Shown here: positions 1 to 9,930 of the stretch, piece after piece
How positions within the stretch are numbered: position 1 is the first letter of the stretch
Layout: the number at the start of each line of letters is the position of its first letter
Source: Pirellulales bacterium
GTDB lineage: Bacteria > Planctomycetota > Planctomycetia > Pirellulales > JAICIG01
Direction of reading: 5' to 3'
NCBI GenBank assembly: GCA_035550375.1
Contig: DASZPH010000085.1
Location: 271,769 to 335,768, forward strand
DNA length: 64,000 nucleotides
Made by a program: the position numbers and the translations under genes
Notes under the pieces: model-generated
Databases searched by the model: none
Told to the model about the DNA's origin: nothing
The model's input: the letters and a program-made list of their open reading frames with translations, nothing else

Positions 1-267
1 TTCGAGGGCTCGATGCTCTACTTGCTTTATCCGCCCGACCCGCGCACCGAGGCGGCGACGCTGCGCGAGGGGCTGCTGTGCCATCGCGATGGCGTAACGA
101 TCAACATTTTCCTGCTGCAGAGCTGGTCGCAGTCGATCGAGGACGTGCGGTTTGCCCATCGTCTGGCCGAATCAACCAAGGGGCGGGTGTTCTTCACGGC
201 CGGAAAAGATCTCGACCGGTACGTGGTCTGGGATTACGTGCAGCGTCGGCGAGCCATTGTTTCTTAG
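1..267 (+). CDS. C-terminal fragment of a protein truncated by the window edge, function unknown
   Basis: Frame 1 is open from base 1 to the stop at 265-267 (track ORF 13..267 starts at an internal Met). No motif I can assign. Confidence 0.4.
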   Translation, partial: FEGSMLYLLYPPDPRTEAATLREGLLCHRDGVTINIFLLQSWSQSIEDVRFAHRLAESTKGRVFFTAGKDLDRYVVWDYVQRRRAIVS

Positions 268-639
268 CCGGCTGCCTTTTCGGACTTTCTTATCGAGCTA
301 CGACCGCGTCGTTTAATCGGCAGCCAACGGCGACGGCGCGGTTGGAACCGCCAACTGGGCCGACTTGCATTTTCGGGCTCGGCCCGGCGGCGTCCTCACG
401 GTCGCCGTTGGCTCCCGGTTACGTTAACCAACCGAAGCCCAAAATGCAGTGCTCCTGAACTGGGACCCAGCCCTAGAATTGAGCATAAGGCCCGAACCTG
501 TAGCGTCAGCTCGTGGCAACCGCAACGTTTTGACCAGCAATCGCTTACGACGTGCCGACAAGATCGCCCAGACGGTTTATACCCCTTCCAGGCAATTCGA
601 GTGCAAGAACAGGGTCACCGCGGCAACTATCTTTCCGAC

Positions 640-1227
640 ATGACCGAATCGACCAGCACGAGGCCGGCCGGCGGCGAGCAGGCGGCGATTGACTGGCCGG
701 CCGTGCTGGCACAGCACGATCGATGGCTGCGGACGGTGCTCTTTGCGCGGTTGGGCGAACAGCAGGCGGTCGACGACGTCATGCAAGAGGTGTCGCTGGC
801 GGCGGTCGAACAGAAAGCGCCGCTTAGCGATCCGAGCAAGGTTTCCCCTTGGCTCTACCGGCTGGCGGTGACGCAGGCGCTGCTTTACCGTCGGAAGATG
901 GGACGGCGGCGGAAGCTGACGGAGGGCTACGCCCAGCGGGTGCGGCCGAGCGAGAGCGACTCGCGAACGCCAGATCCTCTCGCCTGGCTGCTGGCCGACG
1001 AACGGCGAAAACTCGTGCGGGTGGCCCTGGAGCGGCTGCCGGCGCGCGACGCCGAAATCTTGCTGCTGAAATACGGAGAAGACTGGAGTTACCACGACAT
1101 CGCCCGGCACCTGGGCATTGACCATAGCGCGGTCGAAGCCCGCTTGTACCGCGCGCGGCAGCGGCTGCGAAGCGAGTTGACGGCGTTGGACGTGGCGGAG
1201 AACACGGCAAGGGGTGGTAAGTCATGA
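640..1227 (+). CDS. ECF-type RNA polymerase sigma factor (sigma-70 family)
   Basis: Region-2-like 'VSPWLYRLAVTQALLYRRK' and region-4 HTH 'LPARDAEILLLKYGEDWSYHDIARHLGIDHSAVEARLYRARQRLR'. ATG 640 is in frame with track ORF 601..1227 and preferred over GTG 601. Confidence 0.85.
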   Translation: MTESTSTRPAGGEQAAIDWPAVLAQHDRWLRTVLFARLGEQQAVDDVMQEVSLAAVEQKAPLSDPSKVSPWLYRLAVTQALLYRRKMGRRRKLTEGYAQRVRPSESDSRTPDPLAWLLADERRKLVRVALERLPARDAEILLLKYGEDWSYHDIARHLGIDHSAVEARLYRARQRLRSELTALDVAENTARGGKS

Positions 1228-1937
1228 ATAGCCACAAGCAAACTGAGGACAAACAACGCCTGCTCGATCTACTGGTCGACGGCGAATTGAGCGACGGCGA
1301 GCGGCGAGAACTGCTCGCTTGGTGCGAGCGCGAGCCCGACGGCTGGCGGCGCTGCGCGCTGGCGTTTCTCGAAGCACAGGACTGGTCGAGCGTGCTGGGA
1401 GCGCTGACCGACACGTCGCAGGAGTCGGCCGCACCAACTGGCCCTGGGCGATCGGCGACCTCGGAACGCCTTCCTCCGGATGAGACCGGTCCGATGACCG
1501 CGCATGGTCGCGCGGAGCAGAGAGGGAGGACCTCGACGGGTCCCGGCCCGTTTTGGAATGTACGCCAGTGGGGCACGATGCTGGCCATGGCGGCCAGCGT
1601 CGTTCTGGCGTTCACCCTGGGACTGTGGGTTCGCGACGCGGGCAAGGCCGGACAAATCGCACCGCTTGGCTCGCCGGCCGTGAACGTGGTCACGAACGGA
1701 CCGGGTTCCCGCGGCGAGGAAGGTGGGCTGCAGATGGCGGACGGGGACGACGGCGGATGGGAGCCCGTGCGGGCCGAGGCGGTGCCCGAAGACGTGCGGC
1801 AGGCCCTAGAGCGGATGGGGCATCATGTGGAGCAACAGCGTCGGTTGGTGCCATACCGTCTTGACGACGGTCGCCGCGTGGTCATTCCGGTCGACCAGGT
1901 GGAAGTACGGCCGGTAGAGATCCGGAGCTATCAATAA
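1224..1937 (+). CDS. putative anti-sigma factor (single-pass membrane protein)
   Basis: ATGA overlap with the sigma gene stop. N-terminal 'LLDLLVDGELSDGERRELLAWCEREPDGWRRCALAFLE' is typical of anti-sigma N-domains. Central TM 'WGTMLAMAASVVLAFTLGLWV'. Confidence 0.6.
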   Translation: MNSHKQTEDKQRLLDLLVDGELSDGERRELLAWCEREPDGWRRCALAFLEAQDWSSVLGALTDTSQESAAPTGPGRSATSERLPPDETGPMTAHGRAEQRGRTSTGPGPFWNVRQWGTMLAMAASVVLAFTLGLWVRDAGKAGQIAPLGSPAVNVVTNGPGSRGEEGGLQMADGDDGGWEPVRAEAVPEDVRQALERMGHHVEQQRRLVPYRLDDGRRVVIPVDQVEVRPVEIRSYQ

Positions 1938-1948
1938 GGAGACCCCAG

Positions 1949-2854
1949 ATGCGACGTTCGCGACACGTTTGGCTGAAGTGGTTGTGGGCCGGCACGCTGG
2001 CCGTTGTAGCCTCGCCGGTCTCGGCGCAAGTCTTCCAGCCGTTCGCGCTGGCGGCGGCCAGCGACGAGGCCGGACCGGAAGAGAACGACTATTGGATCGG
2101 GGTGCGTTGCACCGAAGTACCGCCTCTTTTGCAGGCCCAGCTCGATCTGCCCGCCGGCCAGGGCGTGCTCGTCGACGTCGTGGTGCCCGAGGGTCCGGCA
2201 GATCGGGCGGGACTGAAGGCCTACGACGTGATCGCCGCCGTGGACGGGAAGCCCGTCGCAGACGCGGCCTCACTGGCCGCCGCGGTGGCCGGCGCGGGAG
2301 ATCGCGAGCTCAAAATCGATTACCTGCGCGGCGGACGTAAGCAGACGCTGTCGGTCAAGCCAGAACCTCGGCCCGAAGCCGTGGCGCCGCGCGAGCAGGA
2401 TCAGCGATCCATCCGCCAGTGGGTCGAGCATCTGGGGCGGGGCGCCGGTCCCATGAATTTTAGGTTCTTTCATCCGGGCAGGGTGCTCCCGCCGGGAACC
2501 TCGCTCGTGCCCGCCTTGCCCGACGACATGAAGGTCACGATCGAAAAAGAGGGGGACAAACCCGCGAAGGTTACGGCGAAACGGGGAGACCACCAGTGGG
2601 AAGCGAGCGAAGACTCGCTGGAATCGCTTCCCGACGAAGCCCGCCAGTACGCCGAGAGGATGCTCGGCCTGGGAGCGTTCCATTTCGACGTCTTCGAGCC
2701 GGCACCCCCTGGCCGTCCGGCCACGGGATTCCCCCGTCCCTTCTCGCCCTCCGGTCCCCTCGACGCTGAGAGTCGCCTGAACAAGCGGCTCGAGGAGATG
2801 AACCGCCAGATCGACGACCTTCGTAAGGCGGTCGAAAAACTCCAGAAGGAATAG
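1949..2854 (+). CDS. secreted PDZ domain-containing protein
   Basis: Signal-like N-terminus 'WLKWLWAGTLAVVASPVSAQ'. PDZ-like 'GVLVDVVVPEGPADRAGLKAYDVIAAVDGKPVADAASL...LKIDYLRGGRKQTLSVKP'. C-terminal coiled-coil tail. Confidence 0.7.
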   Translation: MRRSRHVWLKWLWAGTLAVVASPVSAQVFQPFALAAASDEAGPEENDYWIGVRCTEVPPLLQAQLDLPAGQGVLVDVVVPEGPADRAGLKAYDVIAAVDGKPVADAASLAAAVAGAGDRELKIDYLRGGRKQTLSVKPEPRPEAVAPREQDQRSIRQWVEHLGRGAGPMNFRFFHPGRVLPPGTSLVPALPDDMKVTIEKEGDKPAKVTAKRGDHQWEASEDSLESLPDEARQYAERMLGLGAFHFDVFEPAPPGRPATGFPRPFSPSGPLDAESRLNKRLEEMNRQIDDLRKAVEKLQKE

Positions 2855-3262
2855 CCTGCAATCGCACCTCGGAGACGTCGACGCAGACGCTCGGCCGACG
2901 ATGCGAGTTCATTTGTGGAAGCAATGAGCTTCTTGGTGACCGCCGGGAGAGCCTCCCCAGTCTGATCGCTGGGGAGGCTCTCGCTGTCTAACACGATCGT
3001 CACCTTCTCCGCTTCGCCTCGTGCGCGGCGACCACGTTCATGGAAGACATGGCTCAAATAAAATCGCGCGGCGGTTGACTACGAGGCGAATTCGCCTATC
3101 ATCCAAGCATCTTAGCCGGTCCGCGAAGGGCATGGCGAAAATGAAGGCGGCGCTGACGGCCCCGGACTGTGCGCAGTTGGGGCTGTTTTCATTGGGCGAG
3201 CATCTGGCACGCGCGCGAGCCGATTGGGGCGAGACGCGCCGGGAGTGCTGCACGACGGGATC

Positions 3263-3919
3263 ATGCCGCAGGTTTTTCATCCCAGCATGAACACCTTCAG
3301 CAAGGCCACCATCTTTGGCGCCTTGTTCGTGCTCATTGCGCTCGCGTTCGTGGCTGACCGGGTTGAACGTTCCCCCTATGTGACCGAAGTCGACGTCTTC
3401 CGCGAGCAGCCGGTTCCTTTCAGTCACGAGCACCACGTGAGCGGATTGGGAATCGACTGTCGATACTGCCACACAACGGTCGAAACCTCGGCCTTCGCCG
3501 GTCTGCCGGCTACCGAAGTCTGCATGAGCTGCCACTCGCAGATCTGGAAAGACAGCCCCATGCTCGAGCCGGTGCGCGAAAGCTTTCGCACCGGCAAGCC
3601 GCTGCGCTGGACGCGGGTGCATGACCTGCCCGATTTTGTCTATTTCAACCACAGCATCCATATTGCCAAAGGCATCGGATGCGAGAGCTGCCATGGCCGC
3701 GTCGATCAGATGCCGCTGATGAGGCGGGCCGCGTCGCTGCAGATGGCCTGGTGTCTCGATTGCCACGAAAAGCCGGAAGGCGCCATCCGCCCCAAGCGGG
3801 ACGTTTTTCGCTTCGGCCCCGAAGCCCGCCCCGTGTCGCATGAAGACGCGCTGCGCCTGATGAAGGACCATGGCGTCGAGACGGAACAACTCCTCGATTG
3901 CTGGACGTGTCACCGATGA
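3263..3919 (+). CDS. actA: alternative complex III subunit ActA (pentahaem cytochrome c)
   Basis: Five CxxCH motifs (CRYCH, CMSCH, CESCH, CLDCH, CWTCH) after one TM 'TIFGALFVLIALAFVA'. Start 3263 or 3287 within track ORF 3224..3919. Confidence 0.85.
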   Translation: MPQVFHPSMNTFSKATIFGALFVLIALAFVADRVERSPYVTEVDVFREQPVPFSHEHHVSGLGIDCRYCHTTVETSAFAGLPATEVCMSCHSQIWKDSPMLEPVRESFRTGKPLRWTRVHDLPDFVYFNHSIHIAKGIGCESCHGRVDQMPLMRRAASLQMAWCLDCHEKPEGAIRPKRDVFRFGPEARPVSHEDALRLMKDHGVETEQLLDCWTCHR

Positions 3920-3929
3920 AAGGCCACCG

Positions 3930-6900
3930 ATGAGCCAACACGACGGAGAACGCGCGTCCAAGGAACTGCTTGCCGGGTGCATGGATGACGCTCAGGCCGA
4001 CGGCCAGACGGCTTGCGGCGCCCGGCACTACGACTGGCAAGCCATCCGCGCCCGCCTGTCCGCCGCCAGCGGGCGCGAGTATTGGCGCAGCTTCGAGCAA
4101 CTGGCCGACACGGCGGCCTTCCAGGACTACCTGCGGCACGAGTTCCCCCGCCAGGCTGGCGAGTGGATGGACGCCGTGGGACGACGCCATTTCCTCAAAC
4201 TGATGGCGGCCTCCCTCGGTCTGGCCGGCTCGATGGGCTGCCTGCGGCAGCCGGATGAGAAAATCGTCCCCTACGTCCGTCAGCCGGAGGAAGTCGTGCC
4301 CGGCAAGCCCCTCTACTTCGCCACAGCCATGACGCTGGGGGGCTATGCCACTGGCACGCTTGTAGAAAGCCAGCTCGGACGGCCGACGAAGATCGAGGGG
4401 AACCCCGATCACCCCGCCAGCCTGGGAGCGACCGACGCTTTCACCCAGGCCGCCGTCCTTTCCCTCTACGATCCCGACCGCTCGCAGACGGTCATGCACC
4501 GCGAGCGGATCGACACCTGGAGCAGTTTTCTTTCGGCTCTGGCGGCCGAACTGCCGGCCCTGAAGTCGCGGCAAGGCCGAGGACTGAGGATCCTCACGGA
4601 AACCGTCACTTCGCCCACGCTGGCCGATCAGTTGCGGGCCCTCTTGGAGGCGATGCCCGAAGCGCGGTGGCACCAGTACGAGCCATGCGGCCGCGACAAC
4701 GTCCGGGCGGGCGCCAAGCTGGCCTTCGGGGAATACGTCGACACGATCTATCGCTTCGACCGCGCCGACGTCGTCGTCTCGCTCGACGCCGATTTTCTCT
4801 GGGGCATGCCGGGTAGTGTGCGGTATGCGCGAGATTTCGTCGACCGCAGGCGCGTCGCGGGCGGCGACGCCAGAATGAATCGCTTGTTCGTGTTCGAGAG
4901 CACACCGGGCCTGGCGGGCGCAATCGCCGACCACCGCTTGCCGATCCAGCCTTCGGAGGTGAAACCGCTGGCCCGCGCGCTGGCCGGCCGGCTAGGAGTC
5001 GAGGCGGCAGGAAGCGACATGCCGGCGAACGTCTCGCAAAAGCTGCTCGAGGCCGTCGTTTCCGACCTCAAAGCGCATCGGGGCGCAAGCATTGTGATCG
5101 CGGGCGACGGTCAGCCGCCCCTCGTTCACGCCCTGGCGCACGCCATCAACGGCCAACTCGACAACGTCGGCAAGACGATCGAATACGTCGAACCGGCCGA
5201 AGCGCGTCCCGAAGATCACGCGGCCTCGATCAAGGCGCTCGTCGACGACATGGCGGCCGGGGAAGTCGACTTGCTCGTGATCCTCGAGGGCAATCCGGCT
5301 TACAACACGCCGGCCTCGCTCGGCTTCGCGAAGCACCTGGTTAACAAGAGGGTGAAGCTGGCCGTCCATCTCTCACAGCACTACGACGAGACGTCGTTCC
5401 TCTGCCACTGGCACATTCCCGCGGCCCATTTTCTGGAAAGCTGGGGCGACGCGCGGGCCTTTGACGGCACGGCCTCGATCGTTCAGCCGCTGATCGCGCC
5501 GCTTTACGGCGGGCGCACGGCCCACGAGTTGATGTCGGTCCTGCTCGGCGAGGCCGACCAGGCAACCTTCGAGACGCTGCAGAAGTACTGGCGGAAGCAG
5601 ATCGGCGAGGACGATTTCGGCCGCTTCTGGCGAAAAGCGGTTCACGACGGCGTGGTTCCGGAGACTAAGGCCCCGGCGCGAAACGTGGAGTTGTCGTTCG
5701 ACGGGCGCACTCCCCAGGCGGAGGAACAGATATTCGCCGGAGGCGGCCTGGAGATTGTCTTCACCCCTGATCCGACGGTTTGGGACGGCCGCTTCGCCAA
5801 CAACGGCTGGCTACAGGAGTTGGCCAAGCCGCTCACCAAGCTTACCTGGGACAACGCGGTCTACATCAGTCCACGGCTCGCGGAAGACGAGCAGCTCGCC
5901 AACGGCGACATGGTGGAGCTGACGGTGGCCGAGCGCAAGCTCGACGTGCCGGTGTGGATTGTGCCGGGACAGGCCGACGGCGTCATCAGCCTTTCGCTCG
6001 GCTACGGCCGCTCGCGCGCCGGCCGGGTCGGCACGGGCGTTGGTTTTGACGCTTATGCGATTCGGCCGACGCACGCGGCGTGGTTCGCCAAAGGCGTCGA
6101 GCTGAAGAAGACCGGCCGGCGTTACCAGTTGGTGGTCACGCAAGACCACCACAGCATGCAGGGGCGCGACGTGGTGCAGTTCGGCACGCTGGACGATTTC
6201 CAGCGAGATCCGAACTTCCTGCTCGCGGACCACCCCAGTAAGAGCCGGGAAGACAGCCACCGTCCGTTTGACTTGCCGTCCCTCTACCCGGATGAGAAAG
6301 GCAGTTTCCCCGAGCGCAAAGAGACTGACAACGCCTGGGGCATGGTGATCGACCAGACGGCCTGCATCGGCTGCAACGCCTGCGTGATCGCCTGCCAGGC
6401 CGAGAACAACACGCCGATCGTCGGCAAGGAGCAGGTCTCGCGCGGCCGAGAGATGCAATGGCTGCGGATCGACCGTTATTACGTCGGCGATATCGACAAC
6501 CCCGACACCTATTTTCAGCCCATGCTCTGCGTCCAGTGCGAGAACGCGCCGTGCGAGCTGGTTTGCCCCGTCGGGGCGACCGTCCACAGCAGCGAGGGGC
6601 TGAACCAGATGGTCTACAACCGCTGCGTGGGAACGCGCTACTGCTCGAACAATTGTCCGTACAAGGTGCGGCGATTCAACTTCCTCAATTACGAGGCGTT
6701 CCTCCACTACGACACCGAGCCGCAGCTTGCCATGCTGCGCAATCCAGACGTCACCGTTCGCAGCCGGGGCGTGATGGAGAAATGCAGTTTCTGCGTGCAG
6801 CGCATCCAGGAGGCAAAGATCGAGGCGCACAAGGTCAACCGGCCGATCGCCGACGGCGAGGTGCTAACGGCGTGCCAGCAGGCTTGCCCGACGCGAGCCA

Positions 6901-7136
6901 TCGTCTTCGGTAACCTGAACGATCCCGACAGCGAGGTGGCCCGGCTCAAGAAGTCGCCGCTGAACTACGGCGTGCTGGCCGAACTGAACACTCGGCCGCG
7001 GACGACCCATCTGGCCCGTTTGCGCAATCCGCACCCCGACCTGGCCGCTCATCAGACGGGCGACACGCCTTCGCTCGACCCGCGCGATCAGAAGATCGAC
7101 AAGTGGCTGAAAGATCTGGAAGGGGGCGAAACGTGA
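3930..7136 (+). CDS. actB: alternative complex III subunit ActB (molybdopterin-oxidoreductase-like plus Fe-S domain)
   Basis: Tat-type 'RRHFLKLMAASLGLAGSMG'. C-terminal ferredoxin Cys clusters 'CIGCNACVIACQAEN', 'CVQCENAPCELVCPVGA', 'CSNNCPYKVRRF', 'CSFCVQR'. ATG 3930 preferred because 3870 overlaps actA. Confidence 0.9.
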   Translation: MSQHDGERASKELLAGCMDDAQADGQTACGARHYDWQAIRARLSAASGREYWRSFEQLADTAAFQDYLRHEFPRQAGEWMDAVGRRHFLKLMAASLGLAGSMGCLRQPDEKIVPYVRQPEEVVPGKPLYFATAMTLGGYATGTLVESQLGRPTKIEGNPDHPASLGATDAFTQAAVLSLYDPDRSQTVMHRERIDTWSSFLSALAAELPALKSRQGRGLRILTETVTSPTLADQLRALLEAMPEARWHQYEPCGRDNVRAGAKLAFGEYVDTIYRFDRADVVVSLDADFLWGMPGSVRYARDFVDRRRVAGGDARMNRLFVFESTPGLAGAIADHRLPIQPSEVKPLARALAGRLGVEAAGSDMPANVSQKLLEAVVSDLKAHRGASIVIAGDGQPPLVHALAHAINGQLDNVGKTIEYVEPAEARPEDHAASIKALVDDMAAGEVDLLVILEGNPAYNTPASLGFAKHLVNKRVKLAVHLSQHYDETSFLCHWHIPAAHFLESWGDARAFDGTASIVQPLIAPLYGGRTAHELMSVLLGEADQATFETLQKYWRKQIGEDDFGRFWRKAVHDGVVPETKAPARNVELSFDGRTPQAEEQIFAGGGLEIVFTPDPTVWDGRFANNGWLQELAKPLTKLTWDNAVYISPRLAEDEQLANGDMVELTVAERKLDVPVWIVPGQADGVISLSLGYGRSRAGRVGTGVGFDAYAIRPTHAAWFAKGVELKKTGRRYQLVVTQDHHSMQGRDVVQFGTLDDFQRDPNFLLADHPSKSREDSHRPFDLPSLYPDEKGSFPERKETDNAWGMVIDQTACIGCNACVIACQAENNTPIVGKEQVSRGREMQWLRIDRYYVGDIDNPDTYFQPMLCVQCENAPCELVCPVGATVHSSEGLNQMVYNRCVGTRYCSNNCPYKVRRFNFLNYEAFLHYDTEPQLAMLRNPDVTVRSRGVMEKCSFCVQRIQEAKIEAHKVNRPIADGEVLTACQQACPTRAIVFGNLNDPDSEVARLKKSPLNYGVLAELNTRPRTTHLARLRNPHPDLAAHQTGDTPSLDPRDQKIDKWLKDLEGGET

Positions 7137-8494
7137 GCGATCACGCCACAACCGTATCCCGCGGCGGCTTGCCGGTCCTGAAGCCGGGCCACACCTTCGG
7201 CTCAGTGACCGACAAGATCAGCTCGATCGTGCAGACGCGGCAGCCCAAAAGCTGGTGGTTCGGCTTTGCCGTCGGCTTCACGCTCCTCATGCTCTTCCTC
7301 TACACGACCACATATCTGCTGGCTACCGGCATCGGCATCTGGGGGACCAACATCCCGACGGGCTGGGCGTTCCCGATCATCAACTTCGTGTGGTGGATCG
7401 GCATCGGTCACGCAGGGACGTTCATCTCGGCGATTCTGTTGCTGTTGAAACAGGAGTGGCGGACGAGCATCAACCGTTTCGCCGAGGCGATGACGCTGTT
7501 CGCCGTGAGTTGCGCGGGCCTGTTCCCGTTGTTGCACCTGGGGCGCCCCTGGGTGTTCTACTGGCTCATGCCGTATCCGAACACGATGGACCTCTGGCCG
7601 CAGTTCCGCAGCCCGCTGGTGTGGGACGTGTTCGCCGTTTCAACCTACGCCACCGTCTCCCTGCTCTTCTGGTACGTAGGCCTGATTCCCGACATGGCCA
7701 CGTTGCGTGACCGGACGCAAAACCGTTTCGCCCAGATCGTGTACGGCATGTTGGCCATGGGCTGGCGGAACAGCGCGCGACATTGGCACCGCTATCAAAT
7801 GGCTTACCTGCTGCTGGCCGGGCTGGCCACGCCCCTGGTGCTTTCGGTCCACAGCATCGTGGGGATGGATTTTGCCGTGGCGATCGTGCCCGGCTGGCAC
7901 AGCACGATCTTTCCCCCGTACTTCGTCGCGGGAGCCATCTTCTCCGGTTTCGCTATGGTGGTGACGCTCACGGTGCCGCTGCGCTGGCTCTACGGCCTGC
8001 AAGATTTTGTGACCCTCAAGCATCTCGACAACATGGCCAAGGTCATGCTCGCCACGGGAAGTATGGTGGGCTACGGATATGCCTGCGAGGTGTTTTACGC
8101 CTACTACAGCGGCAACCCGTTTGAGCGATATATCGCGATCGACCGCATGCTCGGCGGCTACGCCTGGAGCTATTGGGGCATCGTGATTTGCAACGCTCTA
8201 GCGCCGCAACTCTTCTGGGTGCGGGCCATCCGCCGAAACGTGATCTGGCTGTTCGTGATCTCGCTGATAACCCAGACCGGTATGTGGCTGGAGCGATTCG
8301 TGATCATCGTCACCAGCCTGCACCGCGACTTCCTTCCCTCGGCCTGGCACATGTACTACCCGACGATCTGGGATTTCACCGAGTTTCTGGGTTCGATCGG
8401 CCTGTTCCTGACGCTGTTCTTTCTGTTCATCCGCTTTTTGCCGATGATTTCGATCTTCGAGTTGCGTGAACTGGTGAGCGACAAGAGCGAGTAG
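7133..8494 (+). CDS. actC: alternative complex III subunit ActC (NrfD/PsrC-like quinol-binding membrane subunit)
   Basis: Polytopic hydrophobic protein directly after actB. GTG 7133 overlaps the actB stop as GTGA. Confidence 0.88.
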   Translation: MSDHATTVSRGGLPVLKPGHTFGSVTDKISSIVQTRQPKSWWFGFAVGFTLLMLFLYTTTYLLATGIGIWGTNIPTGWAFPIINFVWWIGIGHAGTFISAILLLLKQEWRTSINRFAEAMTLFAVSCAGLFPLLHLGRPWVFYWLMPYPNTMDLWPQFRSPLVWDVFAVSTYATVSLLFWYVGLIPDMATLRDRTQNRFAQIVYGMLAMGWRNSARHWHRYQMAYLLLAGLATPLVLSVHSIVGMDFAVAIVPGWHSTIFPPYFVAGAIFSGFAMVVTLTVPLRWLYGLQDFVTLKHLDNMAKVMLATGSMVGYGYACEVFYAYYSGNPFERYIAIDRMLGGYAWSYWGIVICNALAPQLFWVRAIRRNVIWLFVISLITQTGMWLERFVIIVTSLHRDFLPSAWHMYYPTIWDFTEFLGSIGLFLTLFFLFIRFLPMISIFELRELVSDKSE

Positions 8495-8512
8495 CACCGG
8501 AATTCAGAACGT

Positions 8513-9052
8513 ATGGAAGTACCCGCCGATGTTTATGGGCTGATGGCCGAGTTTGAGACGGGCGATGCCCTGCTCGAAGCAGCCAAGCGCGCCCACGAGG
8601 CCGGGTATCGGCAGATGGACGGCTTTTCGCCCTTCCCGCTGCACGGTCTTTCGGAGGCTCTCGGCTTTCGCCGCACGCGCCTGCCCGTGGTCACGCTCAT
8701 CGGCGGCCTGCTCGGCGGCGGCGGAGCGTATTTCATGCTCTGGTACGCGTGCGTGGTGAGCTACCCGATCAACATCGGCGGCCGGCCGCTGCATAGTTGG
8801 CCGGCCTTCATCCCCATCACGTTCGAGCTCTCGGTGCTGGGGGCCTCGTTCGCCGCGCTGTTTGGCATGCTGGCCCTGAATGGCTTGCCTCGCCCGTATC
8901 ACCCGGTCTTCAACGTCCCGGAGTTCGTGCGGGCCAGCCGTGACAGATTTTTCCTGGTGATCGAAGCCCGCGACCCGGCGTTCGATCTCGCCGGCACCCG
9001 CCAGTTTCTGGAGGGTTTGAAACCGGAGAAAGTGTTCGAGGTGCTGCCATGA
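8513..9052 (+). CDS. actD: alternative complex III subunit ActD (DUF3341-like)
   Basis: N-terminal 'YGLMAEFETGDALLEAAKRAHEAGYRQMDGFSPFPLHGL' followed by two TM helices. Operon position is between actC and actE. Confidence 0.8.
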   Translation: MEVPADVYGLMAEFETGDALLEAAKRAHEAGYRQMDGFSPFPLHGLSEALGFRRTRLPVVTLIGGLLGGGGAYFMLWYACVVSYPINIGGRPLHSWPAFIPITFELSVLGASFAALFGMLALNGLPRPYHPVFNVPEFVRASRDRFFLVIEARDPAFDLAGTRQFLEGLKPEKVFEVLP

Positions 9053-9930
9053 CGGGGTTTGCAGCACGATCTGCCCTGCGGCTGCTCCCGGTCGTCGCGC
9101 TTGTCGCCGTTTCGGGTTGCGACATGCTCGATATGTACGACGAGCCTCGTTTTGAGCCCCTGGAGTCGAGCGCCTTTTTCGACGATGGAACGTCGGCCCG
9201 GCCGCTTGTGGCCGGAACCGTGGCGCGGGGCGACCTGCGCGAAGACGAGGGTTTTTATTCGGGCAAGGTCGACGGCAAGTATGTGGCGAAGCTCCCCGTC
9301 GATCTCGACGAGCAGCTTCTGCTGCGTGGGCACGAGCGGTTCAACATCTATTGTTCCCCTTGCCACGGGCGGGTCGGCGACGGCAACGGAATGATCGTTC
9401 AACGAGGTTTCCGTCGGCCCCCGTCGTTCGTGGGCACCGATCGGCTGCTCAATGCGCCCGTCGGACATTTCTACGACGTGATCAGCAATGGCTTCGGCGC
9501 CATGCCGAGCTACGCCAGCCGCGTCGAACCGACCGACCGCTGGGCGATCGTCGCCTACATTCGCGCCTTGCAGCGCAGCCAGAACGGTATCGTCGACGAC
9601 GTGCCGCTGGAATTACGCGACAAAATCGCCGAGTCGGAATCGATCACACAGCAAGAGCGAGATAAACGCGGTGCGGCCGAGCGGCTCGACACCGGGCGGC
9701 AGCAAAAGCTCGATCGCGACATCCGCGAACATCGACGTTCACCCGAGGAAGGCGAGAGCGAACACCGCGAGATCGAGCGCGAGAGGAGCCAAGACGGCAG
9801 CCTCGATAAGCAGTCGGCCCTGGAGCATGGATGGAATATCCTCCATGGCGTTCCGCCGTGCGATCAATCACGCATACACCAGGCATTTCTAGCCGCGAAG
9901 CGGCGATCCTTGGCGGAGGCCCTCGTATGA
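9049..9930 (+). CDS. actE: alternative complex III subunit ActE (monohaem cytochrome c lipoprotein) with charged C-terminal extension
   Basis: ATGA overlap with actD. Lipobox-like 'VAVSGC'. Single haem motif 'CSPCH'. The last ~90 aa are rich in E/R/D/K. Confidence 0.75.
   Translation: MTGFAARSALRLLPVVALVAVSGCDMLDMYDEPRFEPLESSAFFDDGTSARPLVAGTVARGDLREDEGFYSGKVDGKYVAKLPVDLDEQLLLRGHERFNIYCSPCHGRVGDGNGMIVQRGFRRPPSFVGTDRLLNAPVGHFYDVISNGFGAMPSYASRVEPTDRWAIVAYIRALQRSQNGIVDDVPLELRDKIAESESITQQERDKRGAAERLDTGRQQKLDRDIREHRRSPEEGESEHREIERERSQDGSLDKQSALEHGWNILHGVPPCDQSRIHQAFLAAKRRSLAEALV

Noticed and set aside
344-372. Possible ECF-type promoter ('GGAAC' at 344-348) upstream of the sigma gene.
   Set aside because: No convincing -10 element (CGT-type) lies at the expected 16-17 nt spacing, and the site is ~270 nt from the start codon. 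The evidence is too weak to call.
3870-3929. Longer starts offered by the ORF track: actB at 3870, actF at 9831, actC at 7103, vWA at 21264, parvulin at 18118.
   Set aside because: The extensions overlap the preceding gene or run through repeat or intergenic sequence. Downstream ATG/GTG codons give the 4-nt overlaps or RBS spacing typical of this operon.
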